From Eledone cirrhosa (Eukaryota): a DNA stretch of 64,000 bases. The notes under the pieces are model-generated. The model made no database searches, was not told the DNA's origin, and saw only the letters and a list, made by a program, of their open reading frames with translations. The position numbers were made by a program, and so were the translations under genes. Shown in pieces: positions 38,892-53,660 of the stretch. Position 1 is the stretch's first letter, and every line of letters starts with the position of its first letter. The stretch lies in contig OZ024742.1 of the NCBI GenBank assembly GCA_964016885.1, positions 104,284,001-104,348,000 of the forward strand, read 5' to 3'.

Positions 38892-39564
38892 GTAGGGATG
38901 TATATGCGAACTATATATGTGTGTATGTACATGTGTGTTGAGAGGGGTATCTTCTAAAGTGGATATAGAGTGTGTGCATGTCAGTGAAAGAGTGTAAAGG
39001 AGTAAAGGTGTAAAATAGAGAGAAATATGTGGGGGAGGGGGGTGAAAACAGATGTGAAAAGAAAAGAAACAAAGAGGAAATGAAAAGAAAAAATCTAGAC
39101 AGAAAGAGAGAGAGTCAAAGTAAAGGAGATGAGTAAGATGATAAAAGATAGAGAGAGTAGGAGGGGAAAAAAGAAAAGGTGGTTAAGACCAAAATAGCTA
39201 CAGGCGGCTGTTGAACATTTACTCTGTGTGTGTGTGTGTAAGTAGATATATACGTACATGTGTGTGTGTGTAAATAGTATATTTATGTGTGTGTGTAAAA
39301 AGTATATGTATGTGTGTGTGTAAAAAGTATATGTATGTGTGTGTAAAAAGTATATGTATGTGTGTGTGTGTGTGTAAATAGTATATGTATGTGTGTGTAT
39401 ATATATATATATGTACATGTGTATGTGTGTATATCGTATATGCACATATATGTTGATGTGTGTATATACAAAAAACACAAAAACTCATACCTAATGTGTA
39501 TAGTTAAACATTTGTATGTATCATCATACATAAACATAACATACATATATGTGTGTCTATATGA

Positions 39565-39599
<35 letters not shown>

Positions 39600-40394
39600 A
39601 ATGTCTGCGCATAAACAAACTTATTCTTGCGTGTGTATATAGTCAAACATTTGTATATACTGCACAGACATTATGTGTGTTTGTGACAATGTACACACAC
39701 ACACACACACACTCTCTCTCTCTCTCTCTTACACACACACACACATACACACTCTCTCTCTCATACACACACACAGAACACTGCCCGGCCCACCTATGGA
39801 ATATGATTAAATTGAATTGAGAATTTCTTTTAATAATAGCATTATTGTTACATTTTTATGCATTTTTTTTTTAAAAATATCCATTGTTGTTATTTTGTCA
39901 TCATCATCATCATTTCATTCTGTTGCAGACCAATTCTGGTTTCAACAACATTGTGGGAGGAGAACAGTTAAATAAACCATAGAAACATCTGAACAACAAT
40001 GAGAGAGAAAGGAAGTGGGGAACTGGATAGTACATACATACATATATATATATTTAACCACACTGTCAACGTGGTTGGTGTTGAGAAGGGCATCCAGCCG
40101 TAGAAAACTCACCAGACAGTCCTATACGAGCAAGACAACCAATCTTGCCTCACATGGGACAATTACCTTCTAAACCCATGCTAGCGTGGAAGATAGACGT
40201 TAAACGACGATGATGATGATATTGTAGGTGATTCAGTAGGTGATCCATAAATCGTATGGGTGACCTTGAGCCAATCCTCTGTGAAACATATGTATCAGAT
40301 CAATACACAATAAAAAATCTAAAACATGTAAACGAAACTTGTTTTTTTTCTAATATATATATATCAGTATGGAAAAAAAGAGACATTAAATGAT

Positions 40395-40437
<43 letters not shown>

Positions 40438-41267
40438 TCAACATTTAACATCTGTTTTCCCTACTAGCAAAGTTGGACATGTGGTCACAAACCAGCATAT
40501 ACTTAAGTGGAGTCTCTGACCTCCTGGTAGTCTGTTGAATGTGTGGGTGGGGGTATATGATGCTGCTCTGTGTGCATTTTATTGTGGCATCAACTCTAGG
40601 AAAGTTGTCAAGTCCTTATCCTAGCTTATAACTATCTTATCACACACACACACATACATACATACATATATACATATATGAGAAAGTATAGATAGAAAGA
40701 CCAGTGCAGAAAGAAGTAGAAAGCAAAAAAGTGAGTGGGAGAGGTTGAGTTTAAATGATTGGGGATGCTGGTTTTTGTTTCTTTTTAGGGTGATTTTTTT
40801 ATGGTGAGGGGGTGACAGTAATTTATAAAACTGGGTCAACAATCAAATTATTATAGTCCTATGTCAATGATGTCATTACAAGGAAAGTGGAAGCTGTTTA
40901 TTGCGATCATTTTGGAACAGAATTATTAAGATAACAATAACCAGTTGATAATATTAAGACATAGGGGGTAAAAATGATAAGGAACCAACTGTGAGATTGG
41001 ACCAAGAAAACAGTGTTTCAATTGGTTTTTCTATTGCTGATAGTACCTACCAGTTGTAACTCCTGGCAGATGGAGCAACATGAAATAAAGTATTCTGCTC
41101 AAGAATACATCAAGCAGCCCAATCCAGTAATTGAAACCATGACTTATTGATCAGGAGTCAAACACCCAAACTAGTGTAAACTTCAAATTAACAGTCATAT
41201 ATGTCACAGGTTTTCCACATTTAGTGTTGAGACTATCAGAGATATCTTGAGAAGAAATGTTTCTTAC

Positions 41268-41470
41268 CATTACAAGCTTCATCAAGTTCCTGTCTGCTAA
41301 ACACCAGGCTACTCTCAGAAATAGCACAGGTATGGAACTGACAGCGCCATATTATCTCACGCTGGTTTCCTTTGGGTTTCTTGTGATAACATTTAATGAG
41401 AACATCTCCCCGAAGTGGTATGCCTGGTGATATTGATATCCACACTTTCTGCATGTTGTCAGTGACAGTG
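41268..41470 (-). CDS. TNS: Tensin exon, tensin-type C2 domain
   Basis: tgcAG|C...ATG|GTAAG, 203 nt, phase 2 to 1. TVTDNMQKVWISISPGIPLRGDVLIKCYHKK...IIWRCQFHTCAISESSLVFSRQELDEACN; overlaps ORF 41236..41454. Confidence 0.95.
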
Positions 41471-43006
41471 CTGCAAAAGATTTAAGTAAATTACATATTA
41501 GAAAGACTTTGGTCTGTGAAAATGGAGTACTATGTTGTCATCAACAGTATTGCAAGAGATTCAAGTATTAGCAAGACTTCAATATGTACAAGTAGAGTGC
41601 TACAGTTAGAGACACTGCAGAGGAATACATTTCAAGTAAAGAGTGTCAGAGATCATCATTTTACACCTGCTTCTAGTGCTGATGCCATGATAAAAAAACA
41701 CCTAGTTTTGAGGTTATGATAAAATGCACCCAGTACATGTTGTAAAGGGGTTGGTGCTAGAAACAGCATCTAACCATAGAAACCAAGCCCAAAACAGAAT
41801 GACTAGTCCAACTTCAGTACATGACAACATGTCAAACCCAAGCAAACATGGAAAATAGACATGAAATGGTGATGATGATGATGATTTCCACATTGGCAAG
41901 GGATGGAGCAACCAATCTTGCTTATGTTCCATATTTGGCATGGATTCTACAGCTGGCTGTCCTCCTTAATGCCAACCACCTTACAAGGTGTTCTGGGTGC
42001 GTTTTTTATGACACCAGTACTACAACTTTGCAGATTGGACTGGGTGTGTTTTATTATGTTGTCATGACACTAACATTAACACTTTACAAATTGGCCAGGG
42101 TGAATTTTATTTCATTGGGCCACCAAAACTAACACTTTACATGGTATAGTGGGTGCATTTTATTGTGGCACCAGCACTAGAAAGACTGTCACATGCTTGG
42201 CTGGACTCCAGAGTCCTTTCAAACTCTACACTGTCTCTATTCGACTGCTAAGCACTATAGCCTCAAGTCACTCCAGCACAAGAAAGGTTGTCACATGCTC
42301 AGCTAGATTCAAGAGTCCTTTCAAACCTTATTTTGTCTCTGTTCAATTGCCAAACACAGCACTAAAGAGATTGTTACATGTTTGACCATACTAAAGTGTC
42401 ATCACCAACCCCATATTGTCTGTCTGATTGTCAAACACTGTAGACTCTAGCCTCTCACCACATTTACTTTAGTTTTAGAGAGTGATGGGTAAGTACATTA
42501 CTTTATTTTCCACTTGGAATTAGTTCACAGTTGCTATATTGTTAATAATGTACCTTCGGAAAGTATGAACATCACAACCCATGTTTTTCTTCCACAGTCC
42601 CCTAACTTACAACTTTTATGCTACCAGAAGTCAACAGCACCCTGTGCCCTTTCCGAGAGTTACTTTAACACCAATGGAGCTATTGTCATATAAGAACAGT
42701 GGCATTGCTGTAGAGAACAGTGGCTCATAATTGCTACTAAACATGTTTAGAGCCTACAATTCTGGAGTCAGAAGCTACTAAACTCAAATAAGCTATTATT
42801 TAGTATTATAGAACAGACTTCTGTCAAATTTGATGATGAGTGTTCTAGTTGTTTGATCAACAGAACTACCAGCTTATAAAAGTAGCTGAGTATACTACAA
42901 ACAAATGTATTCTTAAAATACTTCTCAGAGATTCAGTGACACAGTATGACAAAACTAGCACTTTGAATTACTGATACAGTCCATCTGATTAACTTTGAGA
43001 CTGTTT

Positions 43007-43235
43007 CATAAATCATCATACTACTATTTTCTGGTCAATTCTTACATACCATAAGTCATCATACTATTTCCTGATCAATTCTTACACAGCATAAGTCATC
43101 ATACTAATATTTTCTGGTCAATTATTATACACCATAAGTCACCATACTACTCTTTCCTGGTCAATTCTTACACACCATAAGTTATCCTACTACTATTTTC
43201 TGATCAACTCTTAGAAACTATAAATCATCATACTC
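43007..43235. repeat. About 43-bp tandem repeat, about 5 copies
   Basis: cataagtcatcatactactattttctggtcaattcttacacac. Confidence 0.85.
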
Positions 43236-43774
43236 CTTATTATTGCATTATCTATATGGTTCTCCATGCATAAAGATTAAACTGTAGTAAGTCATTTCAG
43301 TTAGCTTATCTCATGATGCCAATGACATCTGGGTCATCCTAAAGCAAGTTCTATATATAGATTTTTATGGTTACAAACATTGCCTAAAATTAAAGAATTA
43401 GGTTGATGGGTGTTTAGGACCCCTTTTCTTTTTTTATGAAATATTTTGTAAGAGTTCATGGTAACAGTTATAGAAAATACATGTCATATATATGTATGTA
43501 TATATGGACAGGTAATTCCTGATGGAGTTGTAGGGATGATATATATAAATACATTTATATATGTCATTTTAAACCTGGCAGAGGCCATCCCCTCTCCATG
43601 TCTGAGCACAGCTGATTTTCCAGAGAAGGAGAAAGATAGAGAGGAAGTGAAGAAGAAATACATAATATATGTATGAATAGACCTGTAACTCCTGATGGAG
43701 TTATAGAGGAGCAGTGGTAACATACAGCTTGTCTCGGGCATTTCAAACATCCCCTTTCCAAGTCTGAACACAGC

Positions 43775-43838
<64 letters not shown>

Positions 43839-43869
43839 GATATGATATATAAATGTATTTATTACTTAC

Positions 43870-44043
43870 TAAATTCCTGATGTAAACATGGGCTGCATTC
43901 CTTGGTAAACCTTAATAAATGGGCGACACCCCCCTTTGCTGTCAAAGTTGGGGACTCCATGGATGAGGATGTGGTGAAGATATAAAGCTTCACTGTTGAT
44001 GTTGATTGCACTGGATAGCAGACCAGTGAAATAATGAACATAC
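43870..44043 (-). CDS. TNS: Tensin exon, PTP/C2 junction
   Basis: tttAG|G...TTA|GTAAGT, 174 nt, phase 2-2. [57 protein letters not shown](Y). Confidence 0.95.
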
Positions 44044-45073
44044 CTAAAAGATGAGACATTAGTACATTAAAATATTGTTGTATACAACGAGGCACGGTAC
44101 ACATTTAACTCTTACAGGGTTCATCACATAAAAACATTGAGCAGAATAAATACAAAATAGGCAGTGCAATGAGCATGTGAAAGGTTATAAAATACACAAA
44201 TCATCATCATTATCATCACTGTTTAAGGTCCATTTTTCTACACTAGCAAAGAATAGACGAGTGGTCCTGTTGTTAGTGTCTTGTTCATACAAAACTGTTT
44301 CTGGCTTGGTTTCTACAGGTGGATGCCCTTCCCAATGCCAACCACATTTGCAGTGTGGACATACTCCTTGGATGAAGAAAATGATATAATGAAATTTCTA
44401 ATTGAACATATAACTTTTAAAGTTTGTCTCAAGCCTTGAGGCTAATCATATAGAATCATATTCTAGTCTTGTGAAGTGTTAAGCAACTGAAATAATAAGA
44501 CTACTCCCTGGACAGGAAAGAGAGTTCATTGCAAAGCTAACACCCAGCTATTGTTGGTTGTCATTCTTTTTCAGCTGAGTGTACTAGAACAATGTGAAAT
44601 TAAGTGCCTTATCAAGGACAGAAGATTTCTCAACCTGGGAATTGAGCTCACAACCTTACAAGCATAAGATTAATACTTTAACCACTAAGTTGTAAATCTT
44701 CATAATATAAAACTTGCAAATGTTAATTGTGTGAATAAATTTAGTTGATCAGTACACACCATACAGAGAGAAGTCTATGAGATAGTAACAGGCCTGATTC
44801 TATGATACAAAACTGTTTGTTTTAAAGTGTTATTTATTTAAAAACCTTCCAGCATAATTTTCTGTAAGAACCTTCATAAATTATGTTCTAAACACTAGCT
44901 TAAGATTTAATGTCCTGTACCCCATGAAACCACATGAGCAAGACATTCTAAACAAAATACATAAAAATGAAATTCTTTACTTTAGTTTACTGCTATCTTT
45001 TACAATGATCTGTCTGTATTAAGTAAAAGAAAACAAGGACCTTTAAATTTGTATTCAGTAACCTATACCATCT

Positions 45074-45400
45074 TCACTCCAATGATAGGAGCCCTGACAG
45101 TATAGGAAAATGCTTTCTGATGTACAGAACCGCAGATGCAAGCTGCCTTGAGTTCCCAGCAGACAGAATGGAGAAAGCATTACCCCAGAAAATAATAAGC
45201 AAGACACATTCAAATAGGCATTCCAACTCATGGTAATCACTCATGCAAGTGGTCAACACCATCCTGATAGCAGTGAGTACGGAGGTGCTATGGGGACCAA
45301 GAACACCAGAAGTCTTCAGTTCTATAGGTTCAACCACAAACCTATAGGAATGTGACTGATACTACAACAGCTTGTTGGGTAACAAAACCTGAGTTATTTG
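45074..45400 (-). mobile_element. Older CRE-like RLE remnant
   Basis: EPIELKTSGVLGP...LFECVLLIIFWGNAFSILSAG parallels the P.A.ET.G..G...LFQR.....RGNA.S.L motif. Confidence 0.6.
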
Positions 45401-47189
45401 ATAAATTCATCAAGTTGTCACTGAAGAAAGTGTCACTGAATGTTGTATCTCAGTAAAGATACTATAAACATTTGAATTAACAAATTTGATTTTAATTTTA
45501 GATATTTTCTGCTAAATTATTACAGGATGTTAAGAGTCAATAATAAGAAAGTTAGAATACTAATTCTCTCAAAATTCTTGGTTATTTAAAAAATTATAGG
45601 CAGTGTCATTCATGAGAAATAAGGTTAAGTATTTTTGCTTTAACCCTTTCAATAGAAAACTGCCTGAAACCAAACCTGGTTTTTATGATACAAAACTATT
45701 TGTTTCAAGGTAGTTATATCTATGTAAAAAACTTCCATCAGAATTTTATGTAAAACCCTTGCTTAAGTTATGTTCCAAACACCATCTTAATGATGAGAAT
45801 GTTAGTCATATTGCTAAGTCCCTACAAATTTTTTATTATTTTCAAAATTATTTGAAAACCATAGTTAATGTCATCTTTGATTAGAAATATGGTAACGGAA
45901 GGGTTAAAATAATACCAGGGTCTACTCTTCAGCAATTTGTTAAATATCAATACAACTATAGTAGATCAATATAAATGATGCCTTGTGCCTAGTCAAAAGC
46001 TTTTATCATTTTTTTTTGTTCAAGCATATTTCTAATAATGGATTCTACATATACAAAGAAAATCTGGACTCAGTGTACTAAGTCAGTTGTGTTTGTGTCT
46101 ATAGATGTATGAATTTATGCACACACACACACATATATATATACATACACACACATACATTTATATTGACATACATACCCATACATACCCATACATACAT
46201 ACAAATATCCACCAGGTTATAGACTTATATGAAAGTGAAGGGAAAAAATGAAATTAAGTTAGGACATTGTGTATGAGAGAGAGAGAGAGAGTGAGTGTGT
46301 GTGTGTGTACATAAGTAAGTGACAGTGCAAGGGTGTATTTTAATGTGTGAGTCTGTAAAATACATTAGGTTATGGTAATTTAATAAACCATAAAAAAAAT
46401 CAAGTTTATTCAACAGCTATAGTAACATTAACATCAACAATAGTAGTAGTCGAGATGGTAGTAATAGTGTAGCATAAGAGCAATTATTGGCAAAAAACAA
46501 AACAACAACCACCACAACAAAAATCTACAACTGCAAGTTACATGTTTCCATTTTCCTAACCTATAAACTATATAAAGTTGGTGTGAGTAGGGAGGTTATG
46601 TATTACCTCCCTTGACATTTTTTTCAACTCCTCAAGAGGTCAGCTTCATTTATATAGGCTGCAGTGGCTAGCAGTCTCATAGTTCTGCTTCACTTAACAA
46701 CACATTTACAATACACACACACGTGTTATATTATGGTGCAATCAGAACATACAGAGTAGAACACACACACTCATGCACAAACACATACACACAAATGCAT
46801 ATACTATTATTGTGCACATATTATTATCAATCACTATGCACATGTACAATTCACACACAAATGCACTAACCCAGACATAAACATTTATTTTCTCCCTCTG
46901 ATGATGATGATGACCTACAATCTGCACAATCTCTGAGGAACTGGAAAGGTCAGAAGCTTTGCCTCTGATTATCTTTAAAAAAAAATATCATCATCATCAC
47001 CACCATTTTATGTCTATTTTCCATGCTTGCCTGGGTTAGACAGGTTGCTATATTCTGAGATTTAGACAAGTCAAATGGCTGTCTCACTCATACATTCGAT
47101 TCTGGCTTCTACATCTTCTACATCTGTGTGCCTTTTAATGCCAACCACTTCATGATGTATACTGGGTATGTTTTATCCTGTCACTACCA

Positions 47190-47720
47190 TATCATCATCA
47201 TCATGATCTTTTTTACATCTGTTTTTCCATGCTTGCATGTGTTGGATAGGTCTTCTTCAAATCAGCTTTTCTTGTTGCATTCCTTTATCATCTCCTCTGT
47301 GAGGTTAAGCATTTTGAGATCTGCTCTCACCGCCTCTGTCCAGATTTTCTTTGGCCTTTCTCTATTGCAGCTGCTTTCCAATAGGATCTCCTGGCACTTC
47401 TTCACCCAACAACCATCCCCCATGTGCATTACATGTCCATACCAATGCAGTCTTTTCTCTTATATATTCATCATCAAAGCATGCTCACTTTCACTCCAGC
47501 CTTCATATATCTTCTAAATGCACTACCTATGTTTCACCTTCATGCAACACCACTTCGCATCTGGGCATCCTACAGCTAGCTTTTCATTTGTTCAAAAGAA
47601 ACCTTTTGTTGTCAACAGAGACAGTAGTGCTCTGAACTTTTTCCATCTTGTTCTTATTCTAGTTACTATACTTTCAGAGCAATTGTCTCCATTGCTAATC
47701 AGGTCATCTAGGTAGCAAAT
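47190..47720 (-). mobile_element. RTE LINE 3' remnant with (GAT)n tail
   Basis: Reverse complement encodes W.GHVM....CWVKKC..I..... and YL.DL. Related pieces lie at about 6175-6470 (-) and 25190-25420 (+). Confidence 0.6.
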
Positions 47721-50624
47721 GCTGTCAATCACTTATTTGGAGCCTTCCTGGGCATATATAACACACATAACACAAAATAATACACCACAATTACACACAT
47801 CCACACAAACATACATACTATAATATATAAACACAGCCTTATCAACACACACTTATACACCAGTACACCTACATACATCAACCACCAGCAGCAACATTGA
47901 GCTAATAAGGAAGCCTCTGAATAGCTGCTCAATTTGTTAGGTATAGCTACCAAATCTCCCTCAAATTACACCCTACTATCTTAGAAAAAGTCACATTGGA
48001 TAATGAGGGCACGATCCCTGCATATAGGAAAAAGAAAGGATGGTCATGGCTGGAATGACTTTGATCATAGGTTTGCTCAATCAGGATTGAACTGGGGATA
48101 AACTATAACAATCTCTAGTAGCCACAAACAAACAATCCTTACACAATCATCATCATAATCAACACGTGATCCTATACAAAATTAGACACAAAAATGTATG
48201 GACCCATAATTCCTGGTAGAGTTGTAGGGCCCCTGTAGCAACATACAGTGTTTCTTAGGCACTTTAAACCTTTAACATCTAAACCGGCCGTATCTGGCCA
48301 GAATTCTCTCACCTCTTTCTGTTCAAACTGGCTGTAACTTGCCATTCATACTGATGTTAAGGTATTGTTCTCAAAATAAATAATATCAAAATTTCGTAAA
48401 TTCAATATGATGTGAGATAATTATATAAGATAAAGCCTTTACCACAAAAATACAATAGTACATATAGAGTAATGTAAATGCTAAGGGGTTAAAACTTGTG
48501 GATTCCATCTCTCTTGAGGTCTGAATGCAGTTGATTTCTTCCAGAGAACGAGTGATATAAAGGGAAAAAGAGATATAGAGGAAGAAATGACCCTAGTATT
48601 TCACCGGTACTTTGTTTTTTATTAACCTTGAAAGCATCAAAGGCAAAGTTGATCTCAGTGGGATTTAAAGACAGCGAACAGAACTGGAATGAATATCATA
48701 AAGAATTCTATCTGACATTCTAACATCTCTGCCAATTTGCTGCCTTATACACAACCAGATACAGAACTCATTTATATACACACACAACTGTGTCCAGTAT
48801 GAAATGAAATGAAATGAAAGAGTGGTGTATGATATATGTGTGTATAATATGTATGAGTGTATATATATATAATGTGTGTATGTGTATGTTGTATGTGTGC
48901 ATGCATGTGTGTATCTGACAGCCAAAGTCCCATGGTAGTTGACTGTGTCGTTATAGTTGAAGGTGACAATCATCATCATAACAGCTAAGGCAGCTTAAGT
49001 AGAATAGGATGTATGTAGTTTGTTGTCACACCCTGTCGCCTACATAACATTACTGTTGATAATTGCAGTAAATGGACACACTCTCACACTCACACACGTA
49101 CATCCAAATTTTGAACACAAACACAGATGCACACAGTAAATGCAACACACAAACACACACACTAACATATAAACACACATTCACACATCCATTACAACTG
49201 TCAAAAGCTATATAACTTAAAGCCAATTGGATAGTAATTTCTACACACACACACACACACACACATATATACACGCTCAAACATACATATGTATACAAAT
49301 CAACATTTCCTCATTAAATTAAGGTTGCTGTCAATAAAAAAGGAGGTAAACAACATAATTAATAGTATTGTGGGTCACAGACTTGTCCTTGTGCAAGGAT
49401 ATTACTGTATTAAATTCAATGTACCAATTCAGGTACCATGTAGGAAAGTTAACCTGCAGCAGACTAGCATTCTATCCAGTGGTGAAGAGAAGAAGAGAAA
49501 GACCATTGAAAGAGATCAAAGTTGATGGTATGGGATAGTGAAATAGTAACACTGACAGAAGTAGTTAAGAATGTTTCATCCTTTCATTATCATATTTCTA
49601 ATGAGAGACACTGCCTACGATTTTCAAATCATTTTGAAAATAATCAAGAATTTAGAAGGATTTATTAATATAACTAACTTTCTTATCAGGTGTTTGGAGT
49701 ATGGGTTAACAAAAATGATTACATAAAATTATGATGGAAGATATCTAGATAAATATAAACACTTTAAAATAGTTTTATGTTGTTGAGCCAGGGGCGATTT
49801 CCAGTGGTTTGGTGTTAAAAGGGTTAACATCAGTGTACCAATTCAGAAACCATATGGGAAAATTAATCTGCAGTAGACTAACATCATATCCAGTGAGCAG
49901 ACCTGTTAATTACACCTACTTAACCCTTTTGCATCCAGTTCACCCTGTGAAGTGGTTGACATTAGGTGAGGCATATAGCTGTAGAAACCATGCCAAATAT
50001 CGAATATATGAGCACAATGAAGTCACCCTGATCTATCTGGTCTCAACTGTGACAACCATGCTAGCGTGGAAAGATGATGATGATATACTTCTGTTGATAT
50101 ATTATCAATTTCCAGTCATTTCTGTCAAGATAGTATTAGTTTACTAATGGATAAGATACTATTTTTGCACAAATACAAAGTAAACAAGAGATACATAAAC
50201 CACAACAATCACTGTAAAAATACCAAGGTGCCTATCAATAACTAGATATAGATATCAGTGATATACTATATGTTAAGTACAGGTATCATTGCTCTCTTGT
50301 TATTTCTGTTGTTGTTTAGGTCAGCACTAACTAACTAGATCTATAACAAAAAGCATTCCTAGAACTACATTACCCAATGTGTACTTCCATTTACAAGACA
50401 GTAGTCTATGTCTTCAGGGAAATTTGACTACTTATTTTAGCTAGTTGAATGACTATGTAAAGACTCAGCCCTTCTTGCTAGCTTGTGCAATTTACTATTA
50501 AGCTAATGTTGGTGTTGTGCCATTTCAGTTAGTTACCTCTTGTGAGTTCTGTGAGTATAGAACAGTACCTTAATAAAATTGTTCAAGAATATACTGAAGA
50601 AACATCAGGAATATACCAGCTTAC

Positions 50625-50708
50625 CTTCTCTGAGATGGTTGAGGCAAACCACCAAGTTTGTCATCATAAAATCGCTTCATAGCAAATCTATCAAGAGCTT
50701 GGTCTTTG
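50625..50708 (-). CDS. TNS: Tensin exon, end of PTP domain
   Basis: ttcAG|C...GAAG|GTAAG, 84 nt, phase 2-2. (S)[27 protein letters not shown](R) contains the tensin signature [14 protein letters not shown]....QPSQ.R. Confidence 0.95.
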
Positions 50709-51234
50709 CTGAAAAACAAAAAACAAAAAAAATAATTGGCTAGAATCAGAATTTGCCACCAACTCTGCAGTATATGATCAGCTGTCAAGTAAAAGAAACA
50801 GGTTTAAAAAAAAAATGAAACAGGCAATGGGTAAGTACAAGCATGTTTATGTGGTTTAGATGTTTGCTTCTCTATCACATGGTGTCAGGTTTGGGCACAC
50901 AGTGTAATACTTTTGGTAACTGCCTTTCACTACGACTTCAGGCTGACTAATGTCTGGTGAGGGAATTTGGTAGGCAGAAACTGTAAGCGTGTTGTTAATA
51001 TGTATGTGTGTGTGTGTGTTTGTGTTGCAGGAGTCTTTGCTCCCAAAATAGCAAATTTCTATTGTTACCAAATAATAGCCAATAAGTGATAAGAAGATGG
51101 TAGCTTGCCAAAAGCTTTTGGGACTTTAAAAAAAAACTGCTGAAATTTAGATTGGTTGGCTAATTCCAGAGAGGACATTTCTCAGCATTGCTTTAATTTC
51201 ACAGAGCAATTTTATGAATCTGTTTTTGAATAGA

Positions 51235-51417
51235 GGTATGCCAGGTACAAATTTTACCTGTCTATAGCTGAATTGGGTTCCATATTTAGATTGGCTCACC
51301 AATAATCTCAACCTTACATATGTCAGGTACAAATCTTACCTGAATATATTTGAATTGGGTTCCATATTTAGAGTAGCCTACCAACAATCTTAATCTCAGG
51401 TGTGCCAGGTACAAATT
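51235..51417. repeat. About 82-bp tandem duplication
   Basis: caggtacaaat occurs three times; tgaattgggttccatatttaga twice. Confidence 0.8.
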
Positions 51418-51800
51418 GAAACTAGATGAGCAAAATGCAGGCAAAATCAAATGTGAATCTCAACTTAATTGAGATAAATAAATGTAGATATAAATAAGAA
51501 CTTAATACGCCATCTCTGTAAAGAATTAATCTAGCTAGGTAATGAACTAAATGTGTGTGTGTATGTGTGTGTCCCAACTCTTAGATTAAACCAGGAATGA
51601 CACACCAAAACTACACTGAAGCAATTATGGTAAAAGTAGGTGCAGGTTGTGCCATGAATGACACTAAAGCTACATCCCATAAAGTATGAATTTTAAGTGG
51701 TTCAAATACAGTTGCACCAGACATAACCCCAAACATAATTAGGTTAGGTGTGATGGCAATTCCGACTGGAATAAAGGTAAAAGATTTAATTCCAACTCAC

Positions 51801-51988
51801 CTGGAGCAGATATTACAGTAGTTCATGTAAGCAGCAGTAACCACGGCGATTCTTCCTTTTCCTCCTTTACAATGGATGACAACAATATGCTGAGGGTCAG
51901 AATTTAACCAAGAGTCAATAGATTTGCAGATACTACATAATCTCTCCAAGGGTGGTGCCAGGTGATCTGGCCAGCCGAAATCAACAAC
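51801..51988 (-). CDS. TNS: Tensin exon, PTEN-like phosphatase domain with WPD loop and P-loop
   Basis: tttcAG|GTT...CCAG|GTGAGT, 188 nt, phase 0 to 2. Translates [62 protein letters not shown], matching the tensin N-terminal PTP domain. Absent from the ORF track. Confidence 0.95.
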
Positions 51989-52346
51989 CTGAAAGAGAGA
52001 AAAACAGAAAGAACTTGAGTAAAATACAGGTACTATGACATGTCATGATGGTGATGTTGATAAGGCATTCAACTTGGTACAGTCATTAAAACAACATTTC
52101 AAAACCAGTGTTCTGAAAGAGGTCGCTAAGGATTCCATGAGAAACTGTGATAAATAAGGTAATGAATTTTTGCTGAATTTTATATTCATAATTTTATTAT
52201 ACACGTACCGACATATTGTTGGAAAATCGTTGGTTATTAAAATAAAGGCTTCAATCTCTTTAATTATTTAAAACTAGGTCATTTCCTGTCTCTACGCTGC
52301 CGGTAAAATACACATACACAACCCCCAAAATAACTATATGTCTTTA

Positions 52347-52382
<36 letters not shown>

Positions 52383-52423
52383 TGTATGTATGTATGTATG
52401 TATGTATGTATGTATGTATGTAT

Positions 52424-52495
<72 letters not shown>

Positions 52496-52700
52496 TTAAG
52501 GATACTATTTATGGTTATGTATATAATAAAACCTTTTATGGTTATATATTTTTTATATACAAACCCCAAATAGTGAAAGATAGTCATTCATTACTATCTT
52601 ATTACCAGTAAGATAAATAGCTCAATGTAATAACATCAGTTGTTTTACAGAGCAGTTATATAGAGATTACAATAATCAAAGTTCAGTTTAAATCATTTAT

Positions 52701-52749
52701 TTGCTTACAATTGTTTCCTCCAAACCGAGGTTTGGATTCTTCGGAGCAA
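52701..52749 (-). ncRNA. Hammerhead motif copy with variant core CCGAAGA
   Basis: Inverted copy of 53126-53174, differing at core position 4 (U to C) and one stem II/loop base. Confidence 0.6.
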
Positions 52750-53125
52750 CTATTTAGTGATCTATAACATACTTGACCTCCTTTTCAACACAAGAGACAT
52801 ATAAAAACATATGCATATATTGACCCACAGTGGGATGACATCCATCATAATGATATAGCATGGCAATTTACATATAAAGGTTAAAGGATAAAAATAAAAA
52901 TAAAACATTGGCAGTTTATGAAGATAAAGCAAGAGGAAAGTTTAGAGTAGTCAGTGTATGAAACAATCTCACGTGTAGCATGCACGCGTGTCTTATTTAT
53001 ATGTATCCTTGCCATGCTATATCATTATGATGGATGTCATCCCACTGTGGGTCAATATATGCATATGTTTTTATATGTCTCTTGTGTTGAAAAGGAGGTC
53101 AAGTATGTTATAGATCACTAAATAG

Positions 53126-53174
53126 TTGCTCTGAAGAATCCAAACCTCGCTTTGGAGGAAACAATTGTAAGCAA
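53126..53174 (+). ncRNA. Type I hammerhead ribozyme motif
   Basis: UUGCU-CUGAAGA-A-UCCAAA(CCUCGC)UUUGGA-G-GAAA-C(AAUU)GU-A-AGCAA. Stem I is UUGCU/AGCAA; stem III is palindromic ACAAUUGU. Confidence 0.7.
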
Positions 53175-53205
53175 ATAAATGATTTAAACTGAACTTTGAT
53201 TATTG

Positions 53206-53660
<455 letters not shown>

